From Candidatus Heimdallarchaeota archaeon (GTDB lineage Archaea; Asgardarchaeota; Heimdallarchaeia; Heimdallarchaeales; Heimdallarchaeaceae), in NCBI GenBank assembly GCA_030668875.1, contig DAOVER010000058.1:1-16109 (forward strand): a stretch of 16,109 bases of DNA, read 5' to 3'. This document shows, in pieces, positions 15,220 through 16,109 of this stretch (positions within the stretch are counted from its first letter, which is position 1; every line of letters starts with the position of its first letter). The notes beneath the pieces were generated by a model. The model searched no databases. It was given only the letters and a program-made list of their open reading frames with translations, and had not been told where the DNA came from. The position numbers and the translations under genes were made by a program.

Positions 15220-15240
15220 GAAAATCTGCATACAAGACTG

Positions 15241-16109
15241 ATGTTAACTAAAGGGAAAAGAATAACAAAGTGGCTAGAAACAACTATCCCTTTAGTACTT
15301 AATCCAGGAACAATGAAACAGCTGTATTTGTGTAAAGCTCAAGCTAAAATCTTGGCTTTTGCACAGCAACTTTTACCTTACAAACAACAAGCTAATTCAG
15401 CTCTGCAATTCCACCATCTAATCTATAAACGGTTCAAGTATCTAGGTATACAGAGCCAAGTACAAGAAGCAGTACAGAGAAGAGTGTATGCAGCAAAACG
15501 AGCTAAAACATTTCATCATTTTCCGATGGAATTTAATTTTCCTCGTAGTGGGAATCTTACTTTATCTGAGAGAGGAAATGCTATAGTTAAAGTCTCACCA
15601 CTCAAGAAGCGTATTGCTCTCCCTATTGTGATGAATGGTGGGTGGAGAAGAGTAGAAGAGCATAGAAAAGGAGGATGGGAAGCACACAGCTGTAAAGTAT
15701 TTAAAAGAAAACAATCCTGGGTAATGCATCTTATTATGCGTAAAGCACTTCCCCCGCCCCAAGAGGTGGAAGGGACCATCGGTGTAGACATAGGAAGGAA
15801 GATCATGGCAGCTATTACAGTCAACCATCCTTCGTTCCCGCTGGTGGAACAATATCTTGGGAAAGATCTGGCATGGAAACAGCACCAGTTCTACAATCGC
15901 AGAAAAACCTTTCAAAAATATGCTGCGCAAGGAGATAAACGTGCACGGCGTGCACTTAGAAGATTAAGAAGAAAAGAAACAAAGTATGTTCAAACCCGTT
16001 GTGCTCAACTAGCACATAAAATAGTAGACCTAGCTGTAATATCCCGTTCAGCTATAGTTTTGGAGAACCTCAAGCATTTACGAAGAATGTGGACGAAACA
16101 AGCTATGAA
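15241..16109 (+). CDS. tnpB: TnpB-family RNA-guided nuclease (IS200/IS605, IS1341-like), truncated by window end
   Basis: Open frame from ATG 15241 to the edge (289 full codons, in-frame stop upstream at 15217): MLTKGKRITKWLETTIPLVLNP...FHHLIYKRFKYLGIQSQ...; RuvC-I 'TIGVD(183)IG', Arg-rich helix 'RARRALRRLRRKE', RuvC-II 'IVLE(275)NLKHLR'. Confidence 0.9.
   Translation, partial: MLTKGKRITKWLETTIPLVLNPGTMKQLYLCKAQAKILAFAQQLLPYKQQANSALQFHHLIYKRFKYLGIQSQVQEAVQRRVYAAKRAKTFHHFPMEFNFPRSGNLTLSERGNAIVKVSPLKKRIALPIVMNGGWRRVEEHRKGGWEAHSCKVFKRKQSWVMHLIMRKALPPPQEVEGTIGVDIGRKIMAAITVNHPSFPLVEQYLGKDLAWKQHQFYNRRKTFQKYAAQGDKRARRALRRLRRKETKYVQTRCAQLAHKIVDLAVISRSAIVLENLKHLRRMWTKQAM

Larger units (their letters stand above)
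15133..16109 (+). mobile_element. Solo-TnpB IS200/IS605-family element (left boundary somewhere in 15133-15240)
   Basis: tnpB with no tnpA immediately upstream; visibly more G/C-rich than the neighbouring genes. Confidence 0.6.

Noticed and set aside
293-15240. Idea that the whole block is a composite transposon or island bounded by the two mobile elements
   Set aside because: The flanking elements belong to unrelated families with different mechanisms, and the interior has uniform AT-rich, host-like genes.
14204-15930. Track ORFs 14204-14446, 14831-15088, 15516-15824 and 15595-15930
   Set aside because: Antisense shadows; the last two lie opposite the true tnpB frame, which the track omitted because it has no stop inside the window.
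1-16109. CRISPR arrays, tRNA, rRNA and long tandem DNA repeats
   Set aside because: None recognised on reading either strand; intergenic gaps are short. A covariance-model scan would be needed to exclude small RNAs.

Overview
AT-rich, densely coded window that looks archaeal: there are TATA/BRE-like promoters, oligo-T terminators, GGTG-type ribosome-binding sites, an Archaeoglobus-type IscS, and a receiver protein whose output domain resembles Asgard longin/uDENN-like domains. An Asgard origin is an inference, not shown. The window is bracketed by two unrelated mobile elements that the ORF track missed because they run off the edges: an IS481-like transposase 5' end (minus strand, 1-161) and a solo TnpB (plus strand, 15241 to the end). 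Between them lie an UMF1/Atg22-like MFS permease, an operon of a stand-alone Lrp/AsnC (RAM) domain plus a DMT/EamA-RAM fusion, and a coiled-coil protein with an internal 58-aa duplication. Next come an OsmC-family protein, a tandem-RHH plus C2H2 zinc-finger protein, a REC-longin-like fusion, and a divergent GT4/GH1 pair. These are followed by a three-gene orf91-iscS-like-iscU operon, a small membrane protein, a second EamA, DUF3467, a single-domain receiver, a stand-alone FakA middle-like domain, a minimal YkgJ cysteine-cluster protein and a 2-TM protein. The strongest leads are: (1) an IscS that has lost its PLP lysine and several other active-site residues but keeps the mobile cysteine; (2) a phospho-receiver fused to a longin/uDENN-like domain; (3) a transporter carrying its own amino-acid-sensing RAM domain, co-encoded with a free RAM subunit; (4) an RHH-RHH-C2H2 protein with an acidic tail. 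No rRNA, tRNA or CRISPR array was recognised. All family calls come from motif recognition by eye, with no database searches.
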